A DNA stretch of 64,000 nt from the human T2T-CHM13v2.0 reference genome, Homo sapiens, in the NCBI RefSeq assembly GCF_009914755.1, contig NC_060941.1. The stretch is one strand, 5' to 3'. Positions 31,806 to 48,630 of the stretch are shown piece by piece; position 1 is the stretch's first letter, and every line of letters starts with the position of its first letter. A model generated the notes under the pieces. It saw only the letters and a list, made by a program, of their open reading frames with translations, did no database searches and was not told the origin of the DNA. Both the position numbers and the translations under genes were made by a program.

Positions 31806-31975
31806 TAAGGTAATGTCTTCCAGGTTTCTCAGCTCTGAAGTTACTGTTTTTCCTTTTGTAATTAAGAAATATCTTTTAGGGTTATGCTTTTGAGACTAGA
31901 AAGACAGACATCCTGGTTCTTGTCATACTTTTGTCCACTAATATTAGGATCCATCAGTGATTCTTGCTGCAGTAA

Positions 31976-32297
<322 letters not shown>

Positions 32298-33961
32298 TAA
32301 TTATTGCTTTGATGTTTGCCTAACAGTGATTTTCTACTTCCATCATTCCCTCAACATGTATTAATTGAGATGTTACTGAAAGGGAAAGCGATCCCTTCTC
32401 CCCCATGTATTTATTCAAGTATTTATTGATATTGCTATGAAGTCATGGATATTTATTTTATTCCATAGCCTGAAATCCATTACCATTATTATTCATTTTC
32501 ATTGTTCACCTTGCCCCAGATTTGGCCATTGGGAACTCCTTCAAACTGATTCCTGTGTCCTTTCAACTTCCCTCTATTAATTTTTGAGCATTTTCAGACT
32601 TTCTGACACCACAAGATGTTCTAGTCTCATCTCTTACCCCAGTCCTGGAATCAACCATTTCTCCAAGGAGCCATGGTTTCTTTTATCCATTCGCTTAGTT
32701 TTTGAAAATACAGTTCTGAGCATGAAAACACTCAATGACTTCACTGCCTATTGGTTACAATTCAGACCACTTAGCCTGGCATTCAGAAATATCCATGCTC
32801 TGTCCCAAAAGACCTTTTCCGCCTTAGAGTTTAAACTTCCCTTTCATGTGCCCTACTCTTACAAAAAGTAGAATACATTAATCATTTTCCATCTCAGCCA
32901 GTCAAGATAGACCTTTCTGTCTGAATCTGTTCCTGATTCTAGCCAGGAATTAATCTTTCCTTCCTCTGAAATGTTATTTCACTTTTACATTCCTTTAAAT
33001 TTATTGTATACTCCTTTGTTGGACAGGCTCTTGTCACATTGGTCACATCTCCCCTACCTTGTTGGAGAGTCCTTGAGAGCAGAACCTATATATTTACTGT
33101 CTTATTCACCTAAGTGGTACTTTGCCACATACTCTGTATTCAGTAAATATTCACTATGTGGATGGCTGGATGGAACTGAAATCAGTAGGAAAGCCAGAAA
33201 CAGAACTTATATTTTCAACTGATCTAACTACCGCAGGACAAGTACCACCTACCTACCAGAAAAGGCTACTCATCTAATGAAAGGCTACTCATCTGTTGAA
33301 ACGAAGGCCCTTCTGGTAAATCAATCTTGATCAGGGTCTTCTTTCAGCCTAAACTTGTAACCAACACTGAAATTATGAAGACTGCTACTGGTGCACTAAG
33401 CCAGAAGTGCCTCTAGCCATTTGGGGCAGATCTTTGAGAGTCCTCCCTCCTGCTGGAAGAGAGAAGCAGACTTTGCCAAAGTTTGGTGGTCAAATGATTC
33501 ATGATGTGAGATGTTTTGCTTCTTTGGAAGGCCAAAAAATTGTAGCTTCATAATGTTTTTCTTCCCTTTTTTGATTTCAAAGATAATTTTTTTTATGCCA
33601 GCAGAGCTACCAGTTTCTCAAATCTTGGTCTAAAATGAACTATTTGAGGAGACAAAGAAGAATTTACCTCAGGAAGACGAAGCTCAAACTGAGAGTTTTG
33701 GTTTTTGTTTTTCTTGGAATGCAAAAAAAAAGTCTGACCTTTTCTGAGGAAAAGAAGTTCTTCCCAGAGGGACATTTAGCATAGTTGTAGCTCAGTAATA
33801 ATCTAGGCTGAGCAGAGTCTCCTGAATTTGCTCAGAGATTGGTTCCAGGAGTGGAAAGGATGATTCTTAGTAGCCTAGGCTTGTGCAGTGGCGGATGTGA
33901 CTAGATTGCGAGCTCAGCCACAAGTCTGTGTTCACACATATCTCCTGTCCTCTCCTCTTAG

Positions 33962-34162
<201 letters not shown>

Positions 34163-34825
34163 TAGGATTGTTTTTTCAAGCTATGTATTGAAGGACCCAG
34201 GAAACCAGGAGAAAAGATTGCACGAAGACAAAATTGCCAACCAAATTAATGTGAATTCGTGATCGCTGCTCTGAATAATAAGGAGATTAAACTCCATGAA
34301 GCACTTTACTCAAATGCCAAAGTCCCTCAAATTATAGGTATAGAAAGGTGCGAGTTGGAAAGGACCGTGGAAATGATATAATTATTCTCCATGTTTTCCT
34401 CCCTGTTTAACAGACAGTGGCACCAAGGCTCAAAGAGATGAATTATTGAGGTGTAGTCACATGGTTAGATAATGTGGCACAGGAACAGCATAACATTTAG
34501 AATCTCAGAAGGACCAGATTTGAGTCCCAGCCTCGCTATTCATTAACTCTAGCCCTTGAACAATTTACCTATCTCTTAGAAGTTTAGTTTCCCATCAGCA
34601 AAGTGAAGCTAATAAACTCCTTTATACAAGGCTGTTGTAAGGGATGCTTGGTAAACTGTTAAACATTATACAGTTTATTTATTAATGATAATAACAATAA
34701 TAGTGGCAAATGTAGGGAATTGGTAGTGTGCTAGGAAATGTTTAACAACCAACTGTGAAGAGGGGTGTGGGGTGGAACAGGGGTGTGTGTTTGTGTGTGC
34801 ATACGTTTATTATAAATTTTACTGA

Positions 34826-35670
<845 letters not shown>

Positions 35671-36381
35671 TCAATAACTGTATTGCCGTTAAATCTGATA
35701 TGTGATCTACTGTTAAACTACTTCTCGTCCACATACGAACTATATTCATTGAACTGAATCCTCTTTCAGCTTTAGCACTAAATGAAGCCCTGATTTATAA
35801 TGTTTGCCAGTTTCAAGGGTGTAAATACTCCCATCATGGCCAATTTCAAGCTACCAGTGTGACATCACTGAAACAAAGAGGGGAGGAGAAGCATAGTAGC
35901 ATGTTGTGATGTAATATTCCCACCATGCAGACAAGACATGCACAATCAATATAAATAACCTCAACAGCATAGATAATAGTAAGATATAGTTAAATAATAG
36001 GAAGTTGAGAGATTTGAGTATTCTTTAACCTTTGTTTTTAATGTTAATTTATTTAATTGCTATTTGATTTCTAATAAACAACTGGCTTTCAGAATTTCTG
36101 AGAATTTAACAGTCAGCTTTCATGGGCCAGTGCAAGCATGGGATAATCAGCAAAACAGCTACCATATCAATTGAGCTGACATGTCACCAAGGGAGTGTTA
36201 AGTAATATTAAATTTTATCATCTGTGGGAGGTTTTTGAACCGTGTTCAGTCAAATTCCCAGAAACAGAACTGTCACTTTTCATTGTGTTTAGAGATTTTT
36301 CTCCCTTTACTAGTTGCAGAACAGTCCTTATACATCTGAGAGGAAAAAGGAAGATAATCACTTTACTCTGAGGAAACACAG

Positions 36382-36698
36382 GGCCAGATGCAGTGGCTGA
36401 CACCTGTAATCCCAGCACTTTGGGAGACCAAAGCAGGAGAATCACTTGAGGCCAGGAGTTCAAGACCACCCTGGACAACATGGCAAGACCCACATCTCTG
36501 GGGAAGAAAAAAAAAACTTTTTTAATTAGCCAGGTGTGGTGGTGCATGCCTGTAGTCCCAGCTAATCCGGAGGCTGAAGTGCAAAGATTGCTTGAGCCTG
36601 GGAGGTCAAGACTGCAGTGAGTCATGAACACATTACTGCACTCCAGTCTAGGTGACAGAACGAGACCCTGTCTCAAAAAAAAAAAAAAGAAAGAAAAA
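36382..36698 (+). mobile_element. AluJ
   Basis: Full dimer with J diagnostics (cacttgaggccaggagttc, gaggtcaagactgcagtgag). Confidence 0.9.
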
Positions 36699-37039
36699 CA
36701 GGCCCTCAGTTTTCTCGTATTTATTTTCTATGGCTTTTTTATAGGGAGGAGGAAGGATTGCTTCTTTAACTTAAATATGAAGAATATGTAATTTTTAAAA
36801 AATCACATGCTATATAAGTGAATTGCATTCTAGAGAAATGTGCAAACCATACCTGATAAGACAAATGCTCATCATGGAAGCTGTGAGTTTCTTTATTAGG
36901 ACGGTCAATTCTGATTCCTTTTGTGTGCAAGAGATTTAGTGATACTTGGATCATCCAAGCATCTTCCAAACCTCACAGGCTAGTGTCAGTAGCATAGTTT
37001 TCCACCTGAAGTTTGAGCTGACACAACTTCTTGTTTCAG

Positions 37040-37133
37040 ATTGTCTCCTACCTACTTGATCTTCCAGAAAAAGATGAAGAGGAAGTAGAGCGAGCACAGA
37101 TCAACAGCTTTGACAGTCTCTGGGGAGAGACAG
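37040..37133 (+). CDS. TANC2: TANC2 coding exon ([31 protein letters not shown])
   Basis: gtttcag| acceptor and CAG|gtacct donor; 94 nt, phase 0-1. Confidence 0.95.
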
Positions 37134-38860
37134 GTACCTCTCATGGACGTTGCCCTCAAGAATGTGTTGTGTTTGTGTGGACTCTCGAATCTCACCCCCT
37201 TATTTTTTCCCTGGCATACATTTGGCAGTCTTCTGTCTCAGGCTTTTGTAATGCAGACTGATTCAGCCAAACTAAACAGTCAAGCAGTTTTCCTCTTTCA
37301 ATCCTCTTTGCCTGTGGATTCTCCATACTCTTTGCACCAGAGTCTTCTTTCAAACAAAACTTTTTCCCTCTCTTGTTTCCAAATATTTTTAAAAGACTGA
37401 AAGTTACCTTACAATGTGCCAAACCAGAGCAGAAAATTATTGTGGCCTGTCTCCTTTTTATGTGATCCTTGTAGTAGTTAGGAATAAATATTTCTCCCAT
37501 CAAAATAACTCTTTCCCCTTGCATTTGTTAACCAGGATGTTAAATTTTCACCCACACCTCTGGCTTAACCAAATGTTACTGTGATAGCGTGGTATCTGAC
37601 ACAATTAATCTAATACATTATGAGTAAAGTTGCTATCTGGATGCACAATGAATGCCCAGCCTCATGCAGTTCCTGTTGGTCTGTAGCAAATCAGTTTCTG
37701 TATCGTTCGGTACAATGCAAACAGAAGCCTCTTCCTTGTGGCCTTTGCAGGAAATGATTGTTGTCTTCCCTCCAAGTCTAAACTGCAGCATCTGGAGAAA
37801 CATTAGTAACCTTGGATGTGTTTTTATGAAACCAGGGCAATGAAAACTGTAGAGTAACCCCAGATATGTGTGATATTTTCCAGGAGAAGTAGACCAATAT
37901 TGAGATGGCCAATCTAGGGAGAATATTTTACTAAACAAGAAGGGTATGCATTTGGGTTAGGATAAGAGTGTTATTAAAAATAAGAGGTTCTTGAACTCAT
38001 TTAAAATTTATAAAGACCTATTGTGGCATTTCTTCTCGTGACAAAGTCTTAGACACATTTCCTGACTTCTTTAACATCATGTGGAATGGTCCAAAACTCA
38101 GGAATTTGCTTCTCGAATAATCCCTCCTTTTGTAAGATCCAAAGGGAGCAGATGCCTGGCAGCTGCAGCTTAAGAGTCCATGACAGATTAAAGGAAAGTG
38201 TACAGCTGGAAACAGCTGCTGTCTCTGGAGCCCCACCCTGAGGGAAGCCAGAGGACAGGCTGAGGGGAAGGAACTGGGCAGGACATCAGCCGCTCTGGAG
38301 TATGCATATGTGTGTGACCCAGAGCTGCAGGAGGGACATGTTGGTGTGTTTCTATCAGCACAGCCTTCTCCAACAGTGTTGCCACATCTCCAGCAGACCC
38401 TTTGTTGCCAAGGGCATGGCGGTGTAACCACTGACAGCAGCAAAAAGAGTCGTGTCCCCATGGTGATAATGAATAGAAATTACAAGACTAATAGTCATAG
38501 CGATGAATATCAAACACATTCTAATGGTGTACTTGAAAGAAATCCTTAAAAATATTCAAGAAGGGCGTGAATTAAATGGAGGACTTATTTTTATTGACAT
38601 GAATTTCTTATTAGAATAAAATTTTATGGCCTCAGGATTTTTAAAATATTTTATTCCTTAAAGTATACAATAAATTTTTACAGTGAATGTTGTACATATG
38701 TACCATATTTCAAGATTTTAAAAAATCAAAACTTCATGTGTTTGCTTGTAATCAGAATTGTGTTGTGTTTGACTTATGCATATATACAATATAATTGTAA
38801 TATTATAAACATGAAGAGCTACTTAAACATGAGTTAAGATGGAATTTATTTGTAATATGA

Positions 38861-39170
<310 letters not shown>

Positions 39171-39549
39171 TGTAATACAATTTCTATATCTATGAAAAAT
39201 TATTTTATTTCAGAAAAAATTCTGGAAAATAATGTTTATTATGTGGCAGTGACCCTAGAACTCATCACTAGTATAGAATGGACTTTGATTTACTGTTCTA
39301 TCTACTGTGATGGTTATTAAACATACATGTGCCTTTCTAACTTATAGCACATGATCATTTAAATTTTATAATGACCTATTGAATTATGATGCTTCCTCCC
39401 ATGACAAAATCCTATACATATTTTCACATACAAAAGTGGTCTGTGACCCAAAGCTAGTTGGTGGGGGCTCATATCTGCAACCAGGACCTAAGTGACAATT
39501 TTTAACCTAAGGAAAATACAATGGTCGTGATGTTTCCTATAATATGTAT

Positions 39550-39750
39550 CACTTACTCTATCAAATCTAAGACACCATTAACTTTAAGAAACTATGTAGC
39601 CATTATTTTATGTGCCACTACAAAAACAAACAACTTCTGCCAACTATACTGACACAATTCTTTATTATCACATTAACTGTAAGATGCATTCCAATTTCAG
39701 AGATGTTAAAATGTAGAGGGAGAAAGTGAATCTTAGAATATTAATTGGGA
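39550..39750. mobile_element. MER104-like (TcMar-Tc2) fossil
   Basis: tcaaatctaagacacc...gtaagatgcattccaatttcagagatgttaaaatg...tcttagaat. Confidence 0.55.
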
Positions 39751-40109
39751 TGTGATTTTTACATATTAGATTTTCTGAAGGCAGATCACTAGAGCATCCT
39801 GGTTGCTTTCATCTTCCATTTGCAGCCTCTTTATCTTTCCAGATGTCATCATCTTACATCCAGCTTTCACTATCTGCTGACCCCCTCCCATCCCGTAGAG
39901 TTTTCACAGACTTCTTAGGGAACACCACAGAAGAAAAGCAAACAAGGTGACAAGATTGTTCACCACACCCTCCTCTCCCTTGTGTTGTGGGCACAGACCA
40001 GGACCAGCGCTGAGAGCTTCTAGCAACTCTGGAGGCCAACCCTGGAAATACATGGCCCCAAAAAGAAACCAGAGTTTACGACATAAACTTACTAGATTCC
40101 TTTAATTCC

Positions 40110-40670
40110 TGCCCTCATCATCATTTGCCTAGATTATTGCAGCTACCTCCTAATTGAGCTTCTGCCTCTAGCCTCACCCTTTTGTGATACATCTCTCAGA
40201 CTTCAGCCAAAGTGGTCTTTTTAAGCCATAGTCTGTTTGTGTCACTTTCCTGCTTTCTGACCTTCATTTACTACTTGTAGGATTAAGTCCTTTAATGTAG
40301 CATAAAAAGACCAGTAATAACCTCCAGTCTCATATATTGCCTGTCTTCTCCAGTAATTCCAATAACAGTAAACATGTTGTTTTCCCCTCATTGCCTTTAT
40401 TCATGCTCTCCCTTGGCCCACCCCACACCTTCCATGCCTGTAAATCTCCTGTTCATCTTTCAGCATCTAACTCACATTATCATCTCTACCTGGAGGCCAT
40501 CTCAGAAACCTCTTCCTCTGTGCCTTCCCTCATACCAAGGACATATCTCCATTGTGCATATCACACTATATTAACATATTCGTCTGTTTCCTTACTCAAC
40601 CATGAGTTCTTTGAGAGCAGTGTCTGACATATAGCTCAATAAGTGTTTTATTAATGTCATTTTGAATAGC
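40110..40670 (+). mobile_element. L2 3' region, degenerate
   Basis: ttgcctagattattgcagctacctcctaattg...cagccaaagtggtctttttaag...gctcaataagtgttt. Confidence 0.65.
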
Positions 40671-43237
40671 AGTGATCAGTTTATTTCTCCCCAGCCACTT
40701 CCCCCTCCTACCCGACCCCTTGATCTTACATGACCTGTCTGTGCTGGACTCTTCCAAGGTTGAAAGTAGATGAAAGAGTCATGTGTATCTCTGCGTTCTC
40801 TTTAGTGTCAGCATCCCATCCAAGCAGACTCTGGCTGTTTCCCCAACTCTGAGCTACATCCTGTCTGCCTCTTCCAACTCCTTAGATGTTTCCCGTTGAA
40901 AAAAGACCATTTCTGTCAGATCATCTCGTCAGATGCTGACAAGCTAGGAAACAAATTCTGTTACTGCTCTTTTAGGAAGAAAGTTGGTTCCTAACTGCTC
41001 TGTTTGCAGTTTGGTGTTTTATAGAATTGGCTTTACCTTCATCTCCTTTCTTTTAGAAAGTTTTAACAGTTTTCGATAAATCTCATATAAAATCCAGCCA
41101 TACAACTCCTTGCTCTTGGATTTTGAAAAGCCCAGACTCCATTTTACATAGTTGTGTTGTTCTGAGATGAAATTGGCCAGCTGTGTTAACCATGTCCAGC
41201 TATCAGCTGAAGGTTGCTGCCAAATGACATCATAACCTAAACAACAGAGATGATACAACAAAGAAAAAGGCCAAATGGAACATTCCCTCACATGTAAATG
41301 TGTTATCCAGTGGGGAGAAATGGGGCAGCCAGAGCCATAGAATTGTCAGACTGGACAGTATGGCTTTCCAGATGGTCACTGGTTGTGAATATTCAGATGT
41401 GTTCTGTGAACTGGCATCATTAGTGAGAGGCTTCATTCTGAAATTCTGTATTTTCTCTAGGATGCTGTAACTTCTTTCGTGAAAAATAATGTATTTGGCA
41501 CCCTCACATACAGAGGTTTGCTGCAAACTTATCAACCTAGTAACTACTTTAAACGAGTTTAGAATGTGGGTTAGAAATTTTCCAAATGGTTTGTTTTATG
41601 CACCGAGATAATTCTTATGGTTCCTAGTAAGTGTCTATCCAGTCAAATTATTAAACTACTCTTGTGTTCTGACCCATATATAGAACTCACAATTTGTTTT
41701 CTAACCTTTTAGAAATATGAACTTGAGAAAGAGGGAGCATCACTTATATTTAAAAAACAAGAGATAAAACTTCTTTGTCCAGGAAATAATTATAGCCATT
41801 AACACCTGAGCTCACCCACTCAGGGATGGAAATGACCCTCACCTCAGATAGGACCATGCCACTGCCCTCCCGTAAGGAACTGAAAAGAAATGCCAATGTC
41901 AGGAGTTCCAACTAAAATTGAAAATACACATAAGACAAGCCATAGATAGAACTGGTTTAAGAGTGCATGTATCTTCTAAAATTACCACATTTTACTTCAT
42001 AAGTCCTTCTTATCCTTGCAGAAGGAAGGAAAATGTTACTTGAAGGTTTATACTTGCGGAAATTACAGGTAGTTTTCATTTTGCATATGACTCAGTAGTG
42101 GATAAATTTGGCCAAGTCCAGAGACAAAATGCCATAATTTGCACTTAAGTGGAAATGAATGCAAATGTCCATTTGATGTAAATTTTACTTGCTTCTCTGA
42201 ATACGTTTTAAAGTTTGCAAACTGCAGTATCTGTGCCTGCCAAATATTATCATTTTCTGGTTTGTTACTGGAGTAGGAGGCCATAATAAAAGAAGAACCT
42301 GCTGACTACTACATCAATTTTTTAAGTCAATTTGGAAAAAAAAATCTTTATCCTCTTCCTTTAAAATGAAGTATAACTCCTACATGTTCTAACAGTGTTT
42401 CCATCCTCCATACCCCTCATTTTTTAAAACAATAGACTTGTGCACCTGAGAGCCCATGGTTAAATGAAACAAATACGTATTTGTTAAAAGATAGACTTCA
42501 TATCTCCAAACTCCTCTTTCTACTGTTGAAACGACACTCTGAGGACAAAATAGGCGTTCGTAAAATCTCCTTTGTATCAGAGATCATATTGTCAGTGGAC
42601 AGTGGCACAAAAAGAAGAATGTTTCTGTTTTTTTCCTAATGTGTCTCTTAAACTCACTGTAGCTATTTTTACCTGTGACTTCATTATTTTATATTCAGAA
42701 GAAAATAGTCTTTGTCATACCTCTTCTCTCATCTTTAAGACTGCTACCTTGAATCATTCAAATCCTTATATAAAAAATGATTGCAAATGTACCAGAAACT
42801 TCTGTATCAACTAATGAAGAAAAAGAATGAAAACTGGCCCAAGACCTTGGACTGCAATTCCTAACTTTGGTTCTCTAGGCTTAAGAGCCCAGGGGTAGAG
42901 CTTGGCTGGAGGTAGTTCCCAGCTAATTCTAAAACAAAACAAAAAAAAAAACTTTTTATCTCTGCAAAGACTCTTGTCTTTAGATTCCACCCACACGTAG
43001 ACTAACAGAGTTTGTAGCTAGGAAGAGGTACCAAAGGAGAGGTAGACCAAAGCAGAGAAGACAGTCTGGTTAGGAAAAATGAAACCAAGTGAGTTTGATT
43101 AAAGGTGAATTTTCAATAGATTTATTATTATTGTCTCCAAATATTGTGAGGCAATTTAAATGTGTCTTTATTCATTATTTTTCTTTAGAACTTTTCTTTA
43201 TGGAAAAGGTGGCAAAAATCATTATTCTTAGAAGTAA

Positions 43238-43519
<282 letters not shown>

Positions 43520-44345
43520 TAGGTGAGGACTTCTGATGCACAGAGCAAAATGATCACAAGTAAAGTTTGGGTTACCCAGCAGTGATCAGGTTTGAGGACT
43601 TGGACCTTTGTTATGAGTATTCTGGTTAATTGAGAATACGACAGTTAACATTCAAAACCATCACTTGATACAGATTGTATAGAAGGACTAACTACTTATG
43701 TCCTGGTGATAGAGTGACCTCCTTCTCACATTTCACAGCATCCAAAGACTCCTTGGAAGGTTCATTTCTCAGCGGACTTCTGCTAATCACTTACTTGCAG
43801 ATGTCTGAGACTTACTAAAAGAAAATACAGTGAATGCAAATTCTAACAACACAATCCTTTTAGATGTTTGGATTCTGGATAAATGTTAATTTATACACTT
43901 AGGATGGAAAGGAAAGCACACTGATAATAATCTTCAGAAGTATTTCAATAGAAAAAAGGCTGTAGAAGCCAAACAGCCCTAAAGAGTTACCAGAGTCACT
44001 TGATTATGTTCAGTTCAGTTGCAAGTATTAACTACAGGCAGATTTGCAACCACTAGAGGGCAATAAAGGAGTGATTTATGTTGGAACTTCCGCTATGGGA
44101 TTGTTTAATCCTACATCTTGGCCTTTGTTAAGTTCTTTTTTACTTAGTAGCTGAGTCAGACATTGAGAGTTGAATCCTTCTCATTTGACTGTCCCTGAGA
44201 GAGATTAAATCACATGGTACTAGGACTATACAGGTACTTATGGGGGAAGTGGAAAGATACATGGGTGACTCGTACAGCAGTAGGAATTCCTACAGAGTAA
44301 GAGATAGTGTGCACGTGTCTTCTCAGCAGCTCTTCTTTGGGCTAA

Positions 44346-44498
<153 letters not shown>

Positions 44499-45804
44499 TA
44501 GTCTTGGAATGCTAGAGCTGGCTGGCCAGTTTCCATAATTACCTGGTGAACTCATGATTTCCAGCAATGGATCCCAGGAGATGCTAAGAACAGATATTAA
44601 TCCAGTTGGTTGGAAAATGAAAGGCTATCTCCTCCCCTCTTGTATTCAGTGTAATGTTTTTAACTCTGATACTCTCTATTTCCTTATGACTTGAGGGATT
44701 TAAATGAAATTAACATATTCTAAATTCTCATTCAGATCAGTAGTCTCCAAACTTTGATTTTTTAAAAATATATACTCAATAAATGTTCATCTTCCGGGGA
44801 TTGTGTTCTGACTTTATCAATTCTTTTGTAAGCCTGCACAACTAATATTTTTCTTGAATTCAAAGGAGGCAAATGCCAGTGAAGATCCCTGCTGACTCTG
44901 GGATGCTATTTGGGGGATCAAGATTATTACCCTGTAGTAATAAATTCCTTTTGACACTTACCAACATCCACAAATTCCTGGTGAATGGGAAATAAGTTAA
45001 AGGAGATGATGATCACACCACCATCATAAAGTACGTCAGGCTCCTGTTGGTTGCTGTGACCTCTATCACCTGTGCATAACAGTGGCTGCTGATGATGGAC
45101 CTCTGTAGTAGAAAAAGCTCATCACTGGTGACTCTGCAGTGCCATCTAGTGGAGCTTGAGCATTTACTTGAAGCAAGAGACAGAGGCAGTCATTCCAGTT
45201 AGCCTCCACTATTAGTAAACTGGACGCAAATGTCGGTAATTACATCCACAAGCACATGTACTTTCCTTCAAGAAAACCAACCTCCTGAAGAATTATGCCT
45301 AGGCCAGAGCAGCTGAGGGTAGTTTAATTAGGAAGAAATTAGGTTTCTTCTAAGATTTCAAACTACAGCTCAGTCAGAGACTTACTGGATCTTTAGCTGT
45401 ATCCCTTAAGTAAGATTTTTTTCCACAGACTCAGACTCAAGGCTGGGTCAGAATCAGAGAGTTGCTCTTACAGGGTGCGAAGTGGCTCTTGCCTTCCCCA
45501 TATAAGCTACCAAAGAAATTTGGCTTCATGCTCTCTCCCTTCATTCTGCTGGGGAAGCAAGGAGGAGGAAGGTTGGGCCTAGATTCTCAAGATAAGATGT
45601 GTCCAGAGTAATATTCCAGAACAAACCAAGTCCACTGAAAGAGGCAGGAACTCTTGAGCCACTGATAACCTTTAGATAGCTGCAAAGTACCTGTCATGTG
45701 CCAGTAGAGGCTCCGTAGCCATAGATTCCAGGTATTTGTTCTCCCTTACCAGTGAAGACATTTTCATCTTTGGACTGTTTCATTTTTTTCCACACTTAGA
45801 GGCT

Positions 45805-46600
45805 TAATGAATTCAACAAAGATTTATTTAGGCTATGTTATTAGCAGAACACTATACTAGGAACTATGAGTGGTTCTGATTTTTTTAATTAATACACTAT
45901 AACCTGTGCCCTCAAAGGGTCTATAATGTGGCAGGGAAGAGATGAAACAAAGATAAATGCCTTAAAAAGCGGAGAATCCTGAGTGCTCTGATACAGGCGT
46001 CCGTTGAGTTAGACTAGGACAGACTTTGAAATTCGAAGAGGAAAAATGTTTTGTATTTAGGGAGAGGAAGTAACATAGATGAAAGGCCAAAGAGGAATGA
46101 CAGGTTTGGAGAAATATGCAAGCTGTCTAGTAAAATGTAAGGGGACTACGGAAAATAAAATTGGAAAGGTATGTGGAAATGGAAAAGGACCAAGTTAGAA
46201 GAATCTGGACTTAATTCTAAAGGAATCTGGGGAGGCTTTAAAAATTTTAAATAAGGAATTGATGGCAGAGTTATGCTTTAAAAACAATCACTCTGGCAGT
46301 ATGTGAACAGCAGATTTGACAAAGGAGCCAGGAGATCAGTTAGGAAGCCATCGTAATGGAACATATGAGGCATAATGAGGTCCTAACCCAAGGGCAGTAG
46401 CTTTCAGCATAGAACAAAAAAGGGCTATGTGCAAGAGGTATTTTGGATATGAAGCCTGATTAGATGTAGGAAATAAGGATAGAACAGTTAAAGATAACTC
46501 CAGAGTTGTAAGACGGACATTTGGGAGAATTGTGATTTCATTAACTGCATGAGAAAGAAAAGAGAGAAGAGGAAGATTACAAATTGGATTTTGGAAGTAT
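45805..46600 (-). mobile_element. L2, degenerate
   Basis: attcaacaaagatttatt..., ctgtgccctcaaagg and aaagataactccagag motifs. Confidence 0.6.
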
Positions 46601-47357
46601 TTAACATATTATGGATTTGTTTCATGTGTATCTCCTTTTAATTTCTTCTCTTTCCTTATCTTTGGAAAAATCAGTTCATCTGTAATGTACATCCAAAACT
46701 TTCTTATCCTACTCTTTCCTCCACTGGATACTTTGTCCAGGAAATTTATAGATGTTGCATCTGAGAAAACGCCTTGGATTCTGTTCCGTATTTAAACTTA
46801 TTCCATATTAGAGTCAGTGTTTTAATTGCAAACTATACCATTACATAAATGGCTCTCATCAGGATTAAGGGATGGTCCCTTCCAGCTTTTCATCCTCCTG
46901 TGGGAAACCATAGACTCTAATGACCTCCAGAGATGCAAAGGTGATAGGCTAGATAACTGCTGAGTAAACCCTGAGCCTGCTGTGGCAGGTGCTAAGCTTG
47001 AGCTGACATCCGAATCCTGTCCAGCTGAGGGGGCAGCCAAGTGTCCTGGTGCAGTAAGTTGATCTCTGATGTAGTTAAATATGACATGCCTACTGTGTGA
47101 AAAGCGTTGTCTTAGGTACTCTTCTAGCAAGTAAATGATTCGCTTCTTACCATTGAAGGCCTTACAGTCTGGGTCTTAAGAACCAAATGTATATTGGATT
47201 TTAGACTGATTACAAAACAGCATGTCAGGTATGCTTGATCCTTTCAAGTGAAAATAGAAATGTTGAAGGGAAACAGATCCAGAATATGAAAGGGTGGGTG
47301 GAGAATTTAAAAGTGGGGATGGAGTTATTGAATAAGGCTGAGTAGTTTAAACTCTGA

Positions 47358-47704
<347 letters not shown>

Positions 47705-47705
47705 A

Positions 47706-48630
47706 AATATTTATTTTTTTAATTGACAAGTAAAAATGGTATATGCAGTTATGTATCACTTAACAAAGGGGAGATGTTCAGAGAAATGCATTCCAAGAAT
47801 TGTGTCCTTAGGTGATTTTGTCATTTGTAAACATCATAGAGTGCACTTACACAATCCTAGATGGTATAGCCTACTACACACCTAGGCTGTATAGTATAGC
47901 CTGGTGCTCCTAGGCTACAAACCTGTACAGCGTATTAACTGCACTGAGTTACTGTAAACAGTTGTAACACAGTGGTATTTGTGTAGCTAAACATATCTAA
48001 CCATAAAAAGGAACAGTATTTATGGTGTACAACATGATGTTTTGATGCAGGCTGTATATCCCTTATCTGAAATGCTTAGTTATATATCGCTTATCTGAAA
48101 CACTTCTGTTGGGATTTTATTTTTTGCATTTTGAAGTATTTGCATTATACTTACTGGTTGAGCATTTCTAATCCAAAAATGTGAAATCCAAAATGCTGCA
48201 ATGAGTATTTCCTTTGAGTGTCATGTTGGTGCTCAAAAAGGTTCAGATTGTGGAGCATTTCTGAAATCAGATTTTCAGATGAGGGATACTCAAGCTGTAT
48301 ATGTATACATTGTGGAATGGCTAAATCAAGCTACTTAATGTGTGCATTACCTTACACACTTTTTTCTTCTGGTGAAAATGCTTAAAATGTACTTTCACAA
48401 CAGTTTTCAAGTATATATTGTTATTAACTATCACTATGACTATAGTTAACTATAGAGTAGATTTAGTGTACTAGTTAGTAACTAGTACCGTAGATCTCTT
48501 GAACTTATTTCTTCTTTCTAAGTGAATTTTGTGTCTTTGACCAACATCTCTCCAATCCCCCCCCCCCATCTCCTAGTTTCTGGTAACCACCATTTTATTC
48601 TTTGATTCTATGAATTTAACTTTATTAGAT
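47706..48630 (-). mobile_element. L1MA-like 3' end carrying nested Tigger3-like (about 47746-48016) and Tigger4/Zombi-like (48048-48297) MITEs
   Basis: ttaattgacaagtaaaaat...ggtgtacaacatgatgttttgat...atacattgtggaatggctaaatcaagct; Tigger3 cacttacacaatcctagatggtatagcctactacacacctaggc; Tigger4 TIRs caggctgtatatccctta / gggatactcaagctg. Confidence 0.75.
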
